IMG/VR virus record: IMGVR_UViG_3300009788_000006
Coordinates: 18,022 to 82,021 of that record
Strand: one strand, 5' to 3'
DNA: 64,000 nt
DNA from: a virus
Positions 26,353-35,620 of this stretch are shown here, piece by piece. Numbering within the stretch: the first letter of the stretch is position 1; every line of letters starts with the position of its first letter. The notes under the pieces are model-generated. The model saw nothing but the letters and a program-made list of their open reading frames with translations. It was not told where the DNA came from and ran no database searches. The position numbers and the translations under genes are program-made.

Positions 26353-26552
26353 GTTCCGTCACTCCTGCCGGTCCAGTTCGCGCACGGCTCTAGGCGATCT
26401 TCACGGATGCGGACCCAACCCTCGGAGCAGGTGTCCGGGTAGCTGAACAGCCGGCGCTCGCAGTCCTCACAGGTGCCGCCGACCCCGGGCTCGAAACGGG
26501 CAAACGCCTTGCCCTTGGCGATGAAGTATGCAGCGAGGTCACCCGTTGGCAT
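26349..26552 (-). CDS. Cys-rich small protein
   Basis: TCEDCE...TC...PCANW. Confidence 0.5.
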   Translation of the reverse strand: MPTGDLAAYFIAKGKAFARFEPGVGGTCEDCERRLFSYPDTCSEGWVRIREDRLEPCANWTGRSDGT

Positions 26553-26787
26553 CTTCACTCCTTCGCTCAAGCAAATTCTCATCGGTCAGGCGGCCGGTCT
26601 TGGCATAGTGTCTTTGTGCCTCACTGACATCGCCGTGACGGGGACACACTCCCTTTTCGAGACGGAACCAGCAGCGTCCGACCGAAACGCCGTCGGCAGT
26701 TCTCAAAAGAATAGCGCAGTTTCCTGGAGCTATCGCGGAATCTTTTCCAACGCCGCGGCCGCCAGCAAGCTTTTTGCTCATGATCAC
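26539..26787 (-). CDS. Hypothetical protein
   Basis: Coupled ORF; GRCW...CPRHG. Confidence 0.55.
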   Translation of the reverse strand: MIMSKKLAGGRGVGKDSAIAPGNCAILLRTADGVSVGRCWFRLEKGVCPRHGDVSEAQRHYAKTGRLTDENLLERRSEDANG

Positions 26788-26996
26788 AGCCCCCGCTCTC
26801 GCCGAAGATCAGCAATCCGCTTCTCGGCCCGCTCGCGGAGTTCTAGGACAAGCACGGTCTGTCGCAGGTCGCTAAGGTCCCTCAGGATTGTCGAGGCGAC
26901 CTCAAGGCCGATCTCGACGCCTTCGTCCACGTAGGGCCGCATCGCGTCCCGGATTGCGGTGTCGATCTTGTCGTCCGCTGGGGTGGTCATGGACAT
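26784..26996 (-). CDS. Hypothetical protein
   Basis: GGAG RBS. Confidence 0.55.
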   Translation of the reverse strand: MSMTTPADDKIDTAIRDAMRPYVDEGVEIGLEVASTILRDLSDLRQTVLVLELRERAEKRIADLRRERGL

Positions 26997-27126
26997 ATGC
27001 ACTCCACCAGGACGGTACGATGGCACGCGGGGCACCGGCGCTCACGAGCCCAGTCGGGCGAGGGTAGGCCGGCGGCCCGGTAGCGAGCCACTGCGGCCTT
27101 CAGGTGCTCGAGCAGCTCAGCCGGGG

Positions 27127-28152
27127 TCATCGCTTTCCGGCTTTCATCTTGCCAACCTCAGCCAACAGCTTGCCGCGGGTCATGCTGTGTGCCTCCCAGG
27201 TGTCCGGCGGACCCATGCGCTCGACGAACGCTGGCCAGTCGACGCCGGCGCCAGTGCAAGCGGCGCGGATCTCCTTCTCTAGATCAACCTCTGTCGCGGC
27301 TGCTGGCTCAACTTCCGCCGGGGGCTCGGCGGCCTTCGCCAGAATCTTGATAGCTGCGTCAAACTTCGCGGGGTCCAAGTCGCCGAGCCCCTTGCCGCTC
27401 TTCAGCAGATCCTCAGCCACAAGAATCTCGACGGCGTCAGAAGCAGCCAGCTTCGGCGCGTTCTGCGCCAGCCACGCGGCGATGGACGGAGCACCATTCA
27501 CCGCGACCACCTCCACGTCGATGACGGTATCCACCTCCCCTTCGGGCAGTGATGACCCGGTTAGGTGCGTCATGATCGCGTGATACATCTTCCGCTCGGC
27601 CTTCCCGAGAATCGCATCGGAGCCCTGGTATTTATTCACCTTAACGGCAAACGTCCTCTTGATGTGGTCAGCGCGGCCGCTGATCTGCCATTCTGCCTGG
27701 TAGTCCACCAGCGCCCCGCCGTCCTTCATTCGGGGCACCGACGGCTGCATGCGCAGGCCGGACAGACCGGGATGCTCGGCAACCTTGCGGCGCAGGCCAT
27801 TCTTGGCGCCGTAAAAGTTCCCGGCGATAATGTTGAACTCGTTGTTCGTGACGCGAAAACCGTTCAAGGCGGCGGTGATCACCACTCGGCGGACCGCGGT
27901 GAGCGGATAGCCACCGTCCTTGTCCTTGTCAGTCCGAAAGCCGAGAATCGACCCCTGGAGCGGCATCACCAGCTCTTTCATCGTCTCGTCGTCCAGGGCC
28001 TCTTCAAGGGCCTTGATCCCGCGAGCACACCGGAGCATACCGGAAAACGGTCCGCCATCCTCCACCGTCGCTAGCTGGTTGTCCGTGGCGATCTGGTCCA
28101 GCTGTGCCGCCCGGTCATCGAGTTTCGCAAGAGCCGTGGTCGTCATATCCAT
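27127..28152 (-). CDS. Conserved phage protein, candidate ssDNA-annealing protein
   Basis: Overlaps the Exo VIII gene in the recombinase position; LGFRTDKD, NEFNIIAG and GKAERK motifs. Confidence 0.6.
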   Translation of the reverse strand: MDMTTTALAKLDDRAAQLDQIATDNQLATVEDGGPFSGMLRCARGIKALEEALDDETMKELVMPLQGSILGFRTDKDKDGGYPLTAVRRVVITAALNGFRVTNNEFNIIAGNFYGAKNGLRRKVAEHPGLSGLRMQPSVPRMKDGGALVDYQAEWQISGRADHIKRTFAVKVNKYQGSDAILGKAERKMYHAIMTHLTGSSLPEGEVDTVIDVEVVAVNGAPSIAAWLAQNAPKLAASDAVEILVAEDLLKSGKGLGDLDPAKFDAAIKILAKAAEPPAEVEPAAATEVDLEKEIRAACTGAGVDWPAFVERMGPPDTWEAHSMTRGKLLAEVGKMKAGKR

Positions 28153-29024
28153 ATCCTTTCTTCATGTTTCCGCCGCCACCACGCCGGGAGGCTAGCGGAC
28201 TGTGATTCATCAGCAGCGCGGCGCCACCATTTATCGTTCTCATAGCACCAAGACAGCTCGGCCAAATCCCTGCCAACTTGTCGCCGGGCGATGGCGATAT
28301 CCTCGGCGTCGATCTCGAAGCATCCCCACTCGTAGGGCGGCTCCTTCGACGCAACGAGGTGGAAGATCTTCTCGGCTGGCAACCCGGTAGCGGACTCGAA
28401 GCCGAGATCATAGAGGCCAAGCTGATAGATGCCGCCGAAGCGTGCCAGCCCGTCGCCGTAGCGTTCGGCTGGCGGAATCGGCCGACCGTAGCTCTTGATG
28501 TCGGCGAACCAGGCATCGCCGCGAAGGTCATGCTTCGACCGGCATTCTAGCCCGCTCTCGTGCCGCCAGAACACCTCGGCCTCTCGTGCCGTAGCGGTCC
28601 GGATGAGGTCGGCGGCTTGTTCCTCCATCGGCGTTCGAGGTGTGAGGAGGGACAGGTACAGATTCAGGGCCAGGGCGCGCTCATGGGCAAGGATCACCCC
28701 GCCGGGTCCGTGCTCTGCTACAGCGGCGTCCCAGGTGGCGCCTTGTCGGCGGCCGAGCGGCTTGCCGCGGTATTCTACCGTGGTCAGCCGGGACCGGCCG
28801 ATAGGACTCTCGCCGGGTTGGCCATCGAGCCCCCACCCTTCGACCATTTCATGCAGCGCGATCCCGATGGCCAGATTCGCGTCCGCTTCTCGTGGCGGCA
28901 GATCGCGGGTCACGTACCGGCCGCGGTAGATCAAAGGTCCATCATCACGGAAGCACGCGAGCGCTGTTGACCCGATCGCGGCCGATGAATAGTAGCCGCC
29001 TTGGCTGCTCCCGGTGGTCGCCAT
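28143..29024 (-). CDS. Exonuclease VIII / RecE-like PD-(D/E)XK nuclease (DUF3799-like)
   Basis: IGIALHEMVE, CRSKHD, ADIKS, YQLGLY, LVASKEPPY. Confidence 0.8.
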   Translation of the reverse strand: MATTGSSQGGYYSSAAIGSTALACFRDDGPLIYRGRYVTRDLPPREADANLAIGIALHEMVEGWGLDGQPGESPIGRSRLTTVEYRGKPLGRRQGATWDAAVAEHGPGGVILAHERALALNLYLSLLTPRTPMEEQAADLIRTATAREAEVFWRHESGLECRSKHDLRGDAWFADIKSYGRPIPPAERYGDGLARFGGIYQLGLYDLGFESATGLPAEKIFHLVASKEPPYEWGCFEIDAEDIAIARRQVGRDLAELSWCYENDKWWRRAADESQSASLPAWWRRKHEERIWI

Positions 29025-29389
29025 CAGGCGGCATCCTTCGCGCACGGCGGGCAGATCAGCACGCCGTCCACGTCGACGCGTTCCTCGGCATGGCGGCCGC
29101 ACGCCGGGCACAGTAGCTCCAGCGCTCGCGCAGCCTCGGCCTGGTGGAAGAAGACCGCAACGTGTTCGCCACGTGATATGGCCAGGGCTTGCATGTCCGC
29201 CATCTGCCAGCGGAACGGGAAGCAATCGGCAGCCCCTACAAGCCAAGCCCTGGCGAGATTCGAGAATCTGGCCGCCGACATTCCGATCTTGGCGGCGTAT
29301 GCCACGTCGGTGACGCACCCGCTACGCTCTCGACTCGCACGGAGCAGGGCCGACAGCTCGGCGCTGGTCTTGTCTGCCCATGTCATCAT
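29024..29389 (-). CDS. HTH plus Zn-finger protein
   Basis: LLRASRERSG...YAAKIGMS; CPAC...CPPC. Confidence 0.6.
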   Translation of the reverse strand: MMTWADKTSAELSALLRASRERSGCVTDVAYAAKIGMSAARFSNLARAWLVGAADCFPFRWQMADMQALAISRGEHVAVFFHQAEAARALELLCPACGRHAEERVDVDGVLICPPCAKDAA

Positions 29390-29733
29390 CAGTAGTCTCC
29401 AAACATGGCTTTGAATACCTTATGGCGCCCATAACTCTCTTTGAGAGAATCCGCCATCTGGGTGACCATAGCCTCCGAAAGCATCTCGGAAATCGTGCCC
29501 GCGCACTTGACCGCCGACGACACTAGGGAATCCTTGTTGGAACTCAGGGCCTCCTCGATCTCTGGGACCAGGTTTTCCGCGCACCACTCGGTAACAGTAG
29601 TTCGCACCTGGTCTGCAACGTCGCTTCTGAGCCCTTCAAGCATCGACTGCCGTAGCTCCGCTTTGAGGCTTTCCACGATTGACGGAGTGGCCTCGGCCAG
29701 CATTGTCGTGACTTGATCTTCGGTTAGTTTCAT
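29389..29733 (-). CDS. Hypothetical helical protein
   Basis: Coupled ORF. Confidence 0.65.
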   Translation of the reverse strand: MKLTEDQVTTMLAEATPSIVESLKAELRQSMLEGLRSDVADQVRTTVTEWCAENLVPEIEEALSSNKDSLVSSAVKCAGTISEMLSEAMVTQMADSLKESYGRHKVFKAMFGDY

Positions 29734-30098
29734 GAGCCCGTCTCGAGAATCTCGTCGGTTTCGTCCTCGATAAAACCGAACGGGTTATGTCCTGAGATCG
29801 TGAAGGAATCGAATGGTGTCCATTTGTCTCTGATGTTGCGACCAGCGCTTTCGATGGCCACAACGACGACCGGGTCAGCCGAGACCTCCTTGCAGTTCTC
29901 AGCGGAAAGCTCAAGGGAGATATCGGAGTGCTTCCCGGAGATCTCACCGAACCAGATGGTCCACCCATAGAGTCTTTCAATGTCTTCGACATGGGCCGTG
30001 AACAGAGCTTCGACGCCGAAACCCCTCCCGGAGTCTTCGTCGATGCGGTACAGACGCCGCGGGGTGTCGTGCTGGTTCTCAGCTTCCTTGCTGCTCAT
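29730..30098 (-). CDS. Conserved phage hypothetical protein
   Basis: GVEALF...FGEISGKHSDI...SGHNPF motif. Confidence 0.7.
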   Translation of the reverse strand: MSSKEAENQHDTPRRLYRIDEDSGRGFGVEALFTAHVEDIERLYGWTIWFGEISGKHSDISLELSAENCKEVSADPVVVVAIESAGRNIRDKWTPFDSFTISGHNPFGFIEDETDEILETGS

Positions 30099-30140
30099 CT
30101 GTGCTATCCTTTCCCCGGCAAGTTTAGCGCCGGAAGTTGA

Positions 30141-30169
30141 ATCTTACACGACCCGCTTGCCTTTGTCAA
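30141..30169 (-). promoter_or_regulatory. sigma70-type promoter
   Basis: TTGACA-17-TAAGAT. Confidence 0.7.
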
Positions 30170-30177
30170 ATGCTATC

Positions 30178-30609
30178 ATGAAACCCTCGTCGCTCATCCG
30201 CAAAACCGGCCTCAAAGCCCGCAAGCCGTGGCGCCCCAAGCGCAAGCCGGTCCGGCGCCGCAACCCCGAGCGCGCGGCAGCTGCCCTACTGAGTGACTAC
30301 GGCCCGCCAGAGCGTCGCGAGTGGTTCACCTCGCAACCGTGCGCGTTCTGTCAACGTGAGGACGACACCATCGTCCAGGCCCACGTCCGCGGCAAAGGAC
30401 GGCCGGGCTGTGAGCGGGAAATCGTACCGGCGTGCTTCCGGTGTCACCTGCTGATGCATGAGGGGATCGAGAGCTTCGCCGCGGGGCAGGAGGTGACGGT
30501 GGAGGGGTTGCTGGAGCTCTCCGAGCGCTATGCGCGGGACTGGGGCGTCAACCCAGAAGGCGAGAACGTCCACCGCAACCCACCCCAAGCGTCATCGACA
30601 CGAAGATGA
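30178..30609 (+). CDS. HNH-like nuclease (Ref/DUF968-like)
   Basis: PCAFC...QAHVR...IVPACFRCHLLMH; basic N-terminus. Confidence 0.7.
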   Translation: MKPSSLIRKTGLKARKPWRPKRKPVRRRNPERAAAALLSDYGPPERREWFTSQPCAFCQREDDTIVQAHVRGKGRPGCEREIVPACFRCHLLMHEGIESFAAGQEVTVEGLLELSERYARDWGVNPEGENVHRNPPQASSTRR

Positions 30610-30734
30610 AGACCACGACCAGCCAGGCTACTATTTCTATACAGCTCATCCGGTATCTCCTTTTCCTTCTTTCTCGCAAGCGTCCAGAAACTCGCCGAGG
30701 GCTATGCGGTGGGGTGGGACGTCTTAGCTGTCGA

Positions 30735-31445
30735 TCAGTAGGCTATGCCTTCGTTCTGTGTTTCGTTGACCTGCTCCCAGAATACCTTCTTCTCCTCTTT
30801 GTAGCTCCATGAGGGATGTACCGTCATGGCCCAGGCGCCCTTGGACCCTGGGTGGATATCAGAAGGAACGTCCTCGATCTTACTCTGCCGGATCGCCGCC
30901 AACATGCAAGCAGGGCAGCCTTCGCAAAAGTTCCGCAGCTGATCGAGCTCTGCCTGGGTTCCCTTGCTAAGCACCTTGACCGCGTCGACCACTGGACCGC
31001 CGTGACCAGTGCCGGATACTCCGCACATCCCGCACTTGCGGTTCGGGTTGGCGGTGCAATGCTCCTGGTGGCGGGACATCGAAGCGGCCGAGCAATTCGA
31101 CTTTCGGCAGAATCCGCAATGGTAGCGCCAAACACGCTCGCGGCGCACGGGCACGGCCGCCACCTTCCCGTCAGAGGGTAGTACTTTCAGTTCGCGATCG
31201 AGCGCTGCACGAAGCCGGCGCCGAGCGAGGTAGAGCAGAGGGCGGACTGTCTGCCGCTCCGCGAGCGGTAGCCGGCACAGATCGCACGGGCCATCATCGT
31301 ACTGATCTATCTCGAGGCGCGCCGCCTCGCGGCATGGCATATCGTCCTCGGACTCGTTGCGGCAGCCCGCCGGTCGCATCGCGTAGCGGACGCGCTCCAG
31401 CGTCCGCACGGTCAGCGCTAGAGAAAGAATTGATTCGGCGTTCAT
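30735..31445 (-). CDS. Cys-rich Zn-binding protein
   Basis: YHCGFCRK...HQEHCTANPNRKCGMC...CPACMLAAIRQ. Confidence 0.7.
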   Translation of the reverse strand: MNAESILSLALTVRTLERVRYAMRPAGCRNESEDDMPCREAARLEIDQYDDGPCDLCRLPLAERQTVRPLLYLARRRLRAALDRELKVLPSDGKVAAVPVRRERVWRYHCGFCRKSNCSAASMSRHQEHCTANPNRKCGMCGVSGTGHGGPVVDAVKVLSKGTQAELDQLRNFCEGCPACMLAAIRQSKIEDVPSDIHPGSKGAWAMTVHPSWSYKEEKKVFWEQVNETQNEGIAY

Positions 31446-31705
31446 GGCCCGACGCTTCCTTGATCTCGCGCTCGGGCGTCGGCCGCCAGCTGCAAAGCGA
31501 TCTGGGCGTACCCGTTAATTTTGACCAGGTCGACCAAGCCGCCGACACCGTCGAGATTCTCAGGCCACTGGTCGGCATAGAACGCGGCAACGATGTGTAG
31601 CAGGTCGGCGATCGTGACAGGTCGCTCCGCCTGGATATCGAGTTCTCCCGACCAGTCGGAATTGTGGTGAACTCGCAAGTCGTCATCGATAGTCAGCGTA
31701 TGCAT
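31442..31705 (-). CDS. Hypothetical protein
   Basis: HHNSDWSG motif; AAGGA RBS. Confidence 0.6.
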   Translation of the reverse strand: MHTLTIDDDLRVHHNSDWSGELDIQAERPVTIADLLHIVAAFYADQWPENLDGVGGLVDLVKINGYAQIALQLAADARARDQGSVGP

Positions 31706-31987
31706 TATTTTCTATCCTTGTCTGGATCGTAGGGGAATCGGTCATCTGGAATAAGATGCGCCCACGCTCCGCCGCTGTTGCCAGCGGTCCAGGTGCAACC
31801 GTGCGTAGAACAGCGAAAAGTGGGTCGCGGCGGGGTCTTTGATATAGTCGTCCCCGACGTACTCTGCTCCCGAGCTCTGATGTCGGCTACAAGTGTTCAG
31901 CTTCATTGGAACCCACTCCTGGGAGCAAGATCGAGATGCCAAGGCAAAGGATGATGAATCCTGCGAATTGAGACCTGTAGCGCTTCG

Positions 31988-32407
31988 TCATGGCCGCGCC
32001 CCTGCCTCGTAGAGAAACGCCGCCGTCTCAGCATAGGCAGCGTCGAAGTGATGGAGCGCCCACAGCTCGAAGCAGCGCGGGAGCGCCTTCCCGTCTTCCG
32101 GGTCGCGGCCGTTGCTGGCGACCCACTCGGCCTTGATTGCAGAGATCCAGGCGAGCCATTCTTCGGTTCCCATCTCGCTACACATGCCGAGAAACTCATC
32201 AGGGACGCCGTCTAGCGGTGGGCCGGCGTTGCCCATCTGCCCGGCCGCCATGTCCCGGAGCCGATCGGCCAGCCGCAGTCCGGCGCCAATGGCCGCGAGC
32301 TCGGCGGTCGAGCCGTGCAGGCGATCGACCTCGATGCTGAGCTTCTGGTTTGTTTCCTCGGCCGCGGCGATGCGGTCGGCGAGTGATGCTTTGCTGGTGT
32401 TGCTCAT
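31988..32407 (-). CDS. Hypothetical protein
   Basis: GAGG RBS. Confidence 0.65.
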   Translation of the reverse strand: MSNTSKASLADRIAAAEETNQKLSIEVDRLHGSTAELAAIGAGLRLADRLRDMAAGQMGNAGPPLDGVPDEFLGMCSEMGTEEWLAWISAIKAEWVASNGRDPEDGKALPRCFELWALHHFDAAYAETAAFLYEAGARP

Positions 32408-32610
32408 GATTCCTCTCCTGTGTCGTTGAACTTGACGCGCACTTCGATAGCTGTCGACGAGGTGTCGGTGTATTCTCCGCGCAGAGCAACCAGCAGCGGC
32501 AAAGCCCGATTGACGACCGTTGCCGGGGATTCATCCTCGCCGTGGCACCTGACGACAATCCGCGCGGTACCGTTGCGAAACAGGTCTACGGACAGACGCG
32601 GGTGCTTCAC
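32404..32610 (-). CDS. Hypothetical protein
   Basis: GTGA-coupled. Confidence 0.5.
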   Translation of the reverse strand: MKHPRLSVDLFRNGTARIVVRCHGEDESPATVVNRALPLLVALRGEYTDTSSTAIEVRVKFNDTGEES

Positions 32611-32765
32611 GTCACCCCGCCCCAAATCTTGTAGACAACGAACAGGGCGGCGAAAACCATCACGACCACGGTCGGACAGCCGATCTTGACGAATGCCCAC
32701 ATCATGCGCTGCTGATCGCGCACAATCTTCTGAGTTTCCTCGAACTGTCTATCGAAGCCGTCCAT
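32607..32765 (-). CDS. Small single-TM protein
   Basis: AAGGAGG RBS; hydrophobic C-terminus. Confidence 0.6.
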   Translation of the reverse strand: MDGFDRQFEETQKIVRDQQRMMWAFVKIGCPTVVVMVFAALFVVYKIWGGVT

Positions 32766-32794
32766 CGGCTGGCCTCCTTCTTTGGGATTCGGCG

Positions 32795-33382
32795 TTACTC
32801 GGCAGGAGAGATTCCGTAGTGCTCCGGCGTACGTTTTTCGGCTATGTCTTCTTGTGTGGCTTTGCTCAGTGCGGCCCGCACGTCGCGCACTAGATAGCAC
32901 TTTCCTGCTATCTGGAGCTGTCGCGCGCCATGCTCCACGTTGAGATGTGAACTCTCGTAGCCTTTGAAGACACCGCGCAACGGGACGGCGTCTTTCCAGC
33001 CATCGCCGATGTAGACCAGCTCGAATTCCTCTTCCATGACGGCGGCGAGCCCTAGCGTGATGTCGACGTAGTCGCTGCCAGCCTCTCCGAGCTGTCTATA
33101 GATGCCAGGAGCGTCCTCGCCTGGGACATCTTCCGTCTCGGCATAGTCGCCGATGATGGCGATCCTGTCGCCACTCCACCGCCCGACGAACCGCGCGGGA
33201 TTGCCGCGTCCTTCCATATAGTCACCGCCCCCTCGGCCCGAAGATGCCGAGAGCAACAGATGGAGCGCGCTCGCGACGCTCCCTTCGCCGTGTTGTTCGA
33301 GCAGCTTCGCGCCACATCCGAGGAGGTAGTTGTCGAGGTACTCTTTCTTGTCCAGGTTGACTGCTTTGTGGTACTGGCCCAT
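32795..33382 (-). CDS. Conserved phage hypothetical protein
   Basis: MGQYHKAVNLDKKEYL...GRGGGD...GRWSGDRIAIIGDY. Confidence 0.75.
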   Translation of the reverse strand: MGQYHKAVNLDKKEYLDNYLLGCGAKLLEQHGEGSVASALHLLLSASSGRGGGDYMEGRGNPARFVGRWSGDRIAIIGDYAETEDVPGEDAPGIYRQLGEAGSDYVDITLGLAAVMEEEFELVYIGDGWKDAVPLRGVFKGYESSHLNVEHGARQLQIAGKCYLVRDVRAALSKATQEDIAEKRTPEHYGISPAE

Positions 33383-33437
33383 GATCCTCTTCCTTTCACG
33401 GTGTTCCGGCCGGCGCCCATCGCCAGCCGATGGGAAA

Positions 33438-33506
33438 AGCATAAACCAAATCGGGGGCGAAGTCAAGAAGAAAGTTGTTGACAATTTCTTCGCTACACGG
33501 TACAGT
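33438..33506. promoter_or_regulatory. Back-to-back sigma70 promoters
   Basis: Minus TTGACT-17-TATGCT (33438-33466); plus TTGACA-17-TACAGT (33478-33506). Confidence 0.75.
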
Positions 33507-33513
33507 CTTACCC

Positions 33514-33804
33514 ATGAACGGGAAAACAATCACCTTACAAGAGCTCCGCGCTCTGGCATTGGAGCGGGATTACGTCCTCAAGTCGCTGCCGCCGACGGTG
33601 CTCGCGACACGCGACGCGGTCCTCGCCGGAGCATGCACAGCCTCAAAGCTGGCGGCGAGCGCCGGCATCCTTCGCAGTACCGCGTCGGAGCGGCTGCGGG
33701 CGGCAAAGCGCCTCGGAGTGCTCGACGCCGTCAAGCCACCGGGGCACGAAGAGATGATCTACATGGAGCCGCGGCAGACACCAGAAAGGGACGAAAAATG
33801 CTAA
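33514..33804 (+). CDS. Winged-helix DNA-binding protein
   Basis: TASKLAASAGILRSTASERLRAAKRLGVL. Confidence 0.7.
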   Translation: MNGKTITLQELRALALERDYVLKSLPPTVLATRDAVLAGACTASKLAASAGILRSTASERLRAAKRLGVLDAVKPPGHEEMIYMEPRQTPERDEKC

Positions 33805-34067
33805 GGCCGAGACCATGGAAGCACAGAATCGACGTCGCTGACGCCTGGAAGACGCAAAAATTCAAGGCTGTGGCGACGTCCGCTAAGCAGCAACTGGGGC
33901 GACTTCAGAGCCAACACTTCAACGACGATTCGACGCTCGCCGAGCTCATCGACGAGCTCGAAGCCATCGCCCACTGCTGGGACTCCACCGTCGACGATTT
34001 CGACGACGTCTGGGGTCAGCTCTACGACTGGGCTGACCGCGAGCGGGTATGGCTGGGGACGGTATGA
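33798..34067 (+). CDS. Conserved phage hypothetical protein
   Basis: DDFDDVWGQLYDWADRERVWL. Confidence 0.7.
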   Translation: MLRPRPWKHRIDVADAWKTQKFKAVATSAKQQLGRLQSQHFNDDSTLAELIDELEAIAHCWDSTVDDFDDVWGQLYDWADRERVWLGTV

Positions 34068-34519
34068 TGGACACCCCCTACGCCGAGGATCTCAACTACT
34101 GGAAGACCAGCCGTTCCGACGCGGACACCTGGCTCGAGAAAGCCGAGCGCGTCGTGGAAGGCTACGGCGCTACGGTCACCCACCGCGCCATGTTCCGCGA
34201 ACACGGCCGGGAGGCCATGTTGCTCCAGTTCGAGATTGACGGCGAAGCGTTCCGTTTGGCTTGGCCGGTGCTCGAATCGAAGACCGGCGACGAACGATCA
34301 GCACGTCGGCAAGCGGCCACGATGCTCTATCACGATGCGAAGGCGCGCGGGTTGCTCTTGGCCGTCTTCGGGGCGCGTTTTGCGTTCCTGGCTGAGAAGA
34401 TGCTCGCCGATGGTCGGACCGTGGCGCAGTTGGCGGACGTCGAGCTGGACGATCAACTACCAGCGCTGATGACGACGGGCGATGGTCCGCGGCTTTTGGC
34501 GACGATCGGAGGGGAGTGA
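34064..34519 (+). CDS. Hypothetical protein
   Basis: ATGA-coupled; high GC3. Confidence 0.7.
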   Translation: MMDTPYAEDLNYWKTSRSDADTWLEKAERVVEGYGATVTHRAMFREHGREAMLLQFEIDGEAFRLAWPVLESKTGDERSARRQAATMLYHDAKARGLLLAVFGARFAFLAEKMLADGRTVAQLADVELDDQLPALMTTGDGPRLLATIGGE

Positions 34520-34520
34520 A

Positions 34521-34949
34521 ATGGCGGGACCGCTCAACTCATTGCCGGATCTGTCGTCGGGCTGCTGGTATGACGACGACAACGAACAGGACGGCGACCT
34601 TGCCGGCGGCGCTCAGGTAGCCGACGTTCGCGGACCTCTGCCGCGAGACCTCGACACCGGCTGGCAGACCTGCCTGGCGGCCCTCGGTGAGCGGGCGGCA
34701 TTGGCCGAGCCCTTCACCGGGCTGCCGGCGCCGACGGACTCCGGACTCACAGAATCCGGGATCATCCTCGTGTGGGACGACGGCGTCCGGTATTGCGAAG
34801 TCGAGTGCGTTGGTGGCGACGTCTACGAGTGGTTCTACCTGGATCGACCTACGGACGCCTACCATGGCTCTGAGGGCGCCGCTGATGAAGCTGTGCAAGG
34901 CGTCACCGAAATGCTGACCGCGGCCGGATTCATCGCGGAGAAACCATGA
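34521..34949 (+). CDS. Acidic hypothetical protein
   Basis: GGGGAG RBS. Confidence 0.65.
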   Translation: MAGPLNSLPDLSSGCWYDDDNEQDGDLAGGAQVADVRGPLPRDLDTGWQTCLAALGERAALAEPFTGLPAPTDSGLTESGIILVWDDGVRYCEVECVGGDVYEWFYLDRPTDAYHGSEGAADEAVQGVTEMLTAAGFIAEKP

Positions 34950-35620
34950 ACGATCAGAACTGGCTGGCGTCCCACAGCCTCACCGCCCGCCTAATGAGCT
35001 TCGCCAAAACCGTGCGGCAATATGAGGACGGGTCGAAGACCGTCACCCGGCGCGGTGGCCCGGAACCGACGTGGCAAATCCTGCGACCTGGCGATCTCGT
35101 CCGGGGTGTGGAGTGGTCGCCGCGAGTTGGGCGACGCTACGTGTGCGAAAAGTGCGGATCTTTGGGCGGAGCCAAGTTTCACCCGGGCTCAGTGGCGCTA
35201 TGCGGAGGAGAGTGTCCAGATTCCGGCCAGGTTAGGTATCGCTTGCCTCGCCGGCTCGGTCTTGCGGTCATCCTCGACGTCCGTGAAGAGAGCCTAGGCG
35301 ACATCACCGCCGAGGAGGTGGCGCGGGAGGGGTTCCCAGATCTGAGCCCATCCGGATTCATCCTTCTCTATACTGGTTTCAAGGTGACCTGCGCTTACTC
35401 ATCAAAGCCGGGGCCGATTCAGCGAGCCCTCAACTGGCGCGTCAACCGGATCGAATTCGCGCGGATCATCGACCAGGACGGCGAGCGAGTCGTCAGGATG
35501 CCGCGCTCTGACGGTCCCCTGCGGGTTACGTGGTCTTTCCGCGGCATGGTTGGAAGAATCGGCGCTCTCGACGCGGTCAGCATGGCGCGGCGGGGTGTAT
35601 GGACAACGGAGGCAACATGA
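34946..35620 (+). CDS. ASCH-domain protein with inserted Zn finger
   Basis: GSKTVTRR...LRPGD...ESLGDITAEEVAREGF...VNRIEF. Confidence 0.8.
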   Translation: MNDQNWLASHSLTARLMSFAKTVRQYEDGSKTVTRRGGPEPTWQILRPGDLVRGVEWSPRVGRRYVCEKCGSLGGAKFHPGSVALCGGECPDSGQVRYRLPRRLGLAVILDVREESLGDITAEEVAREGFPDLSPSGFILLYTGFKVTCAYSSKPGPIQRALNWRVNRIEFARIIDQDGERVVRMPRSDGPLRVTWSFRGMVGRIGALDAVSMARRGVWTTEAT

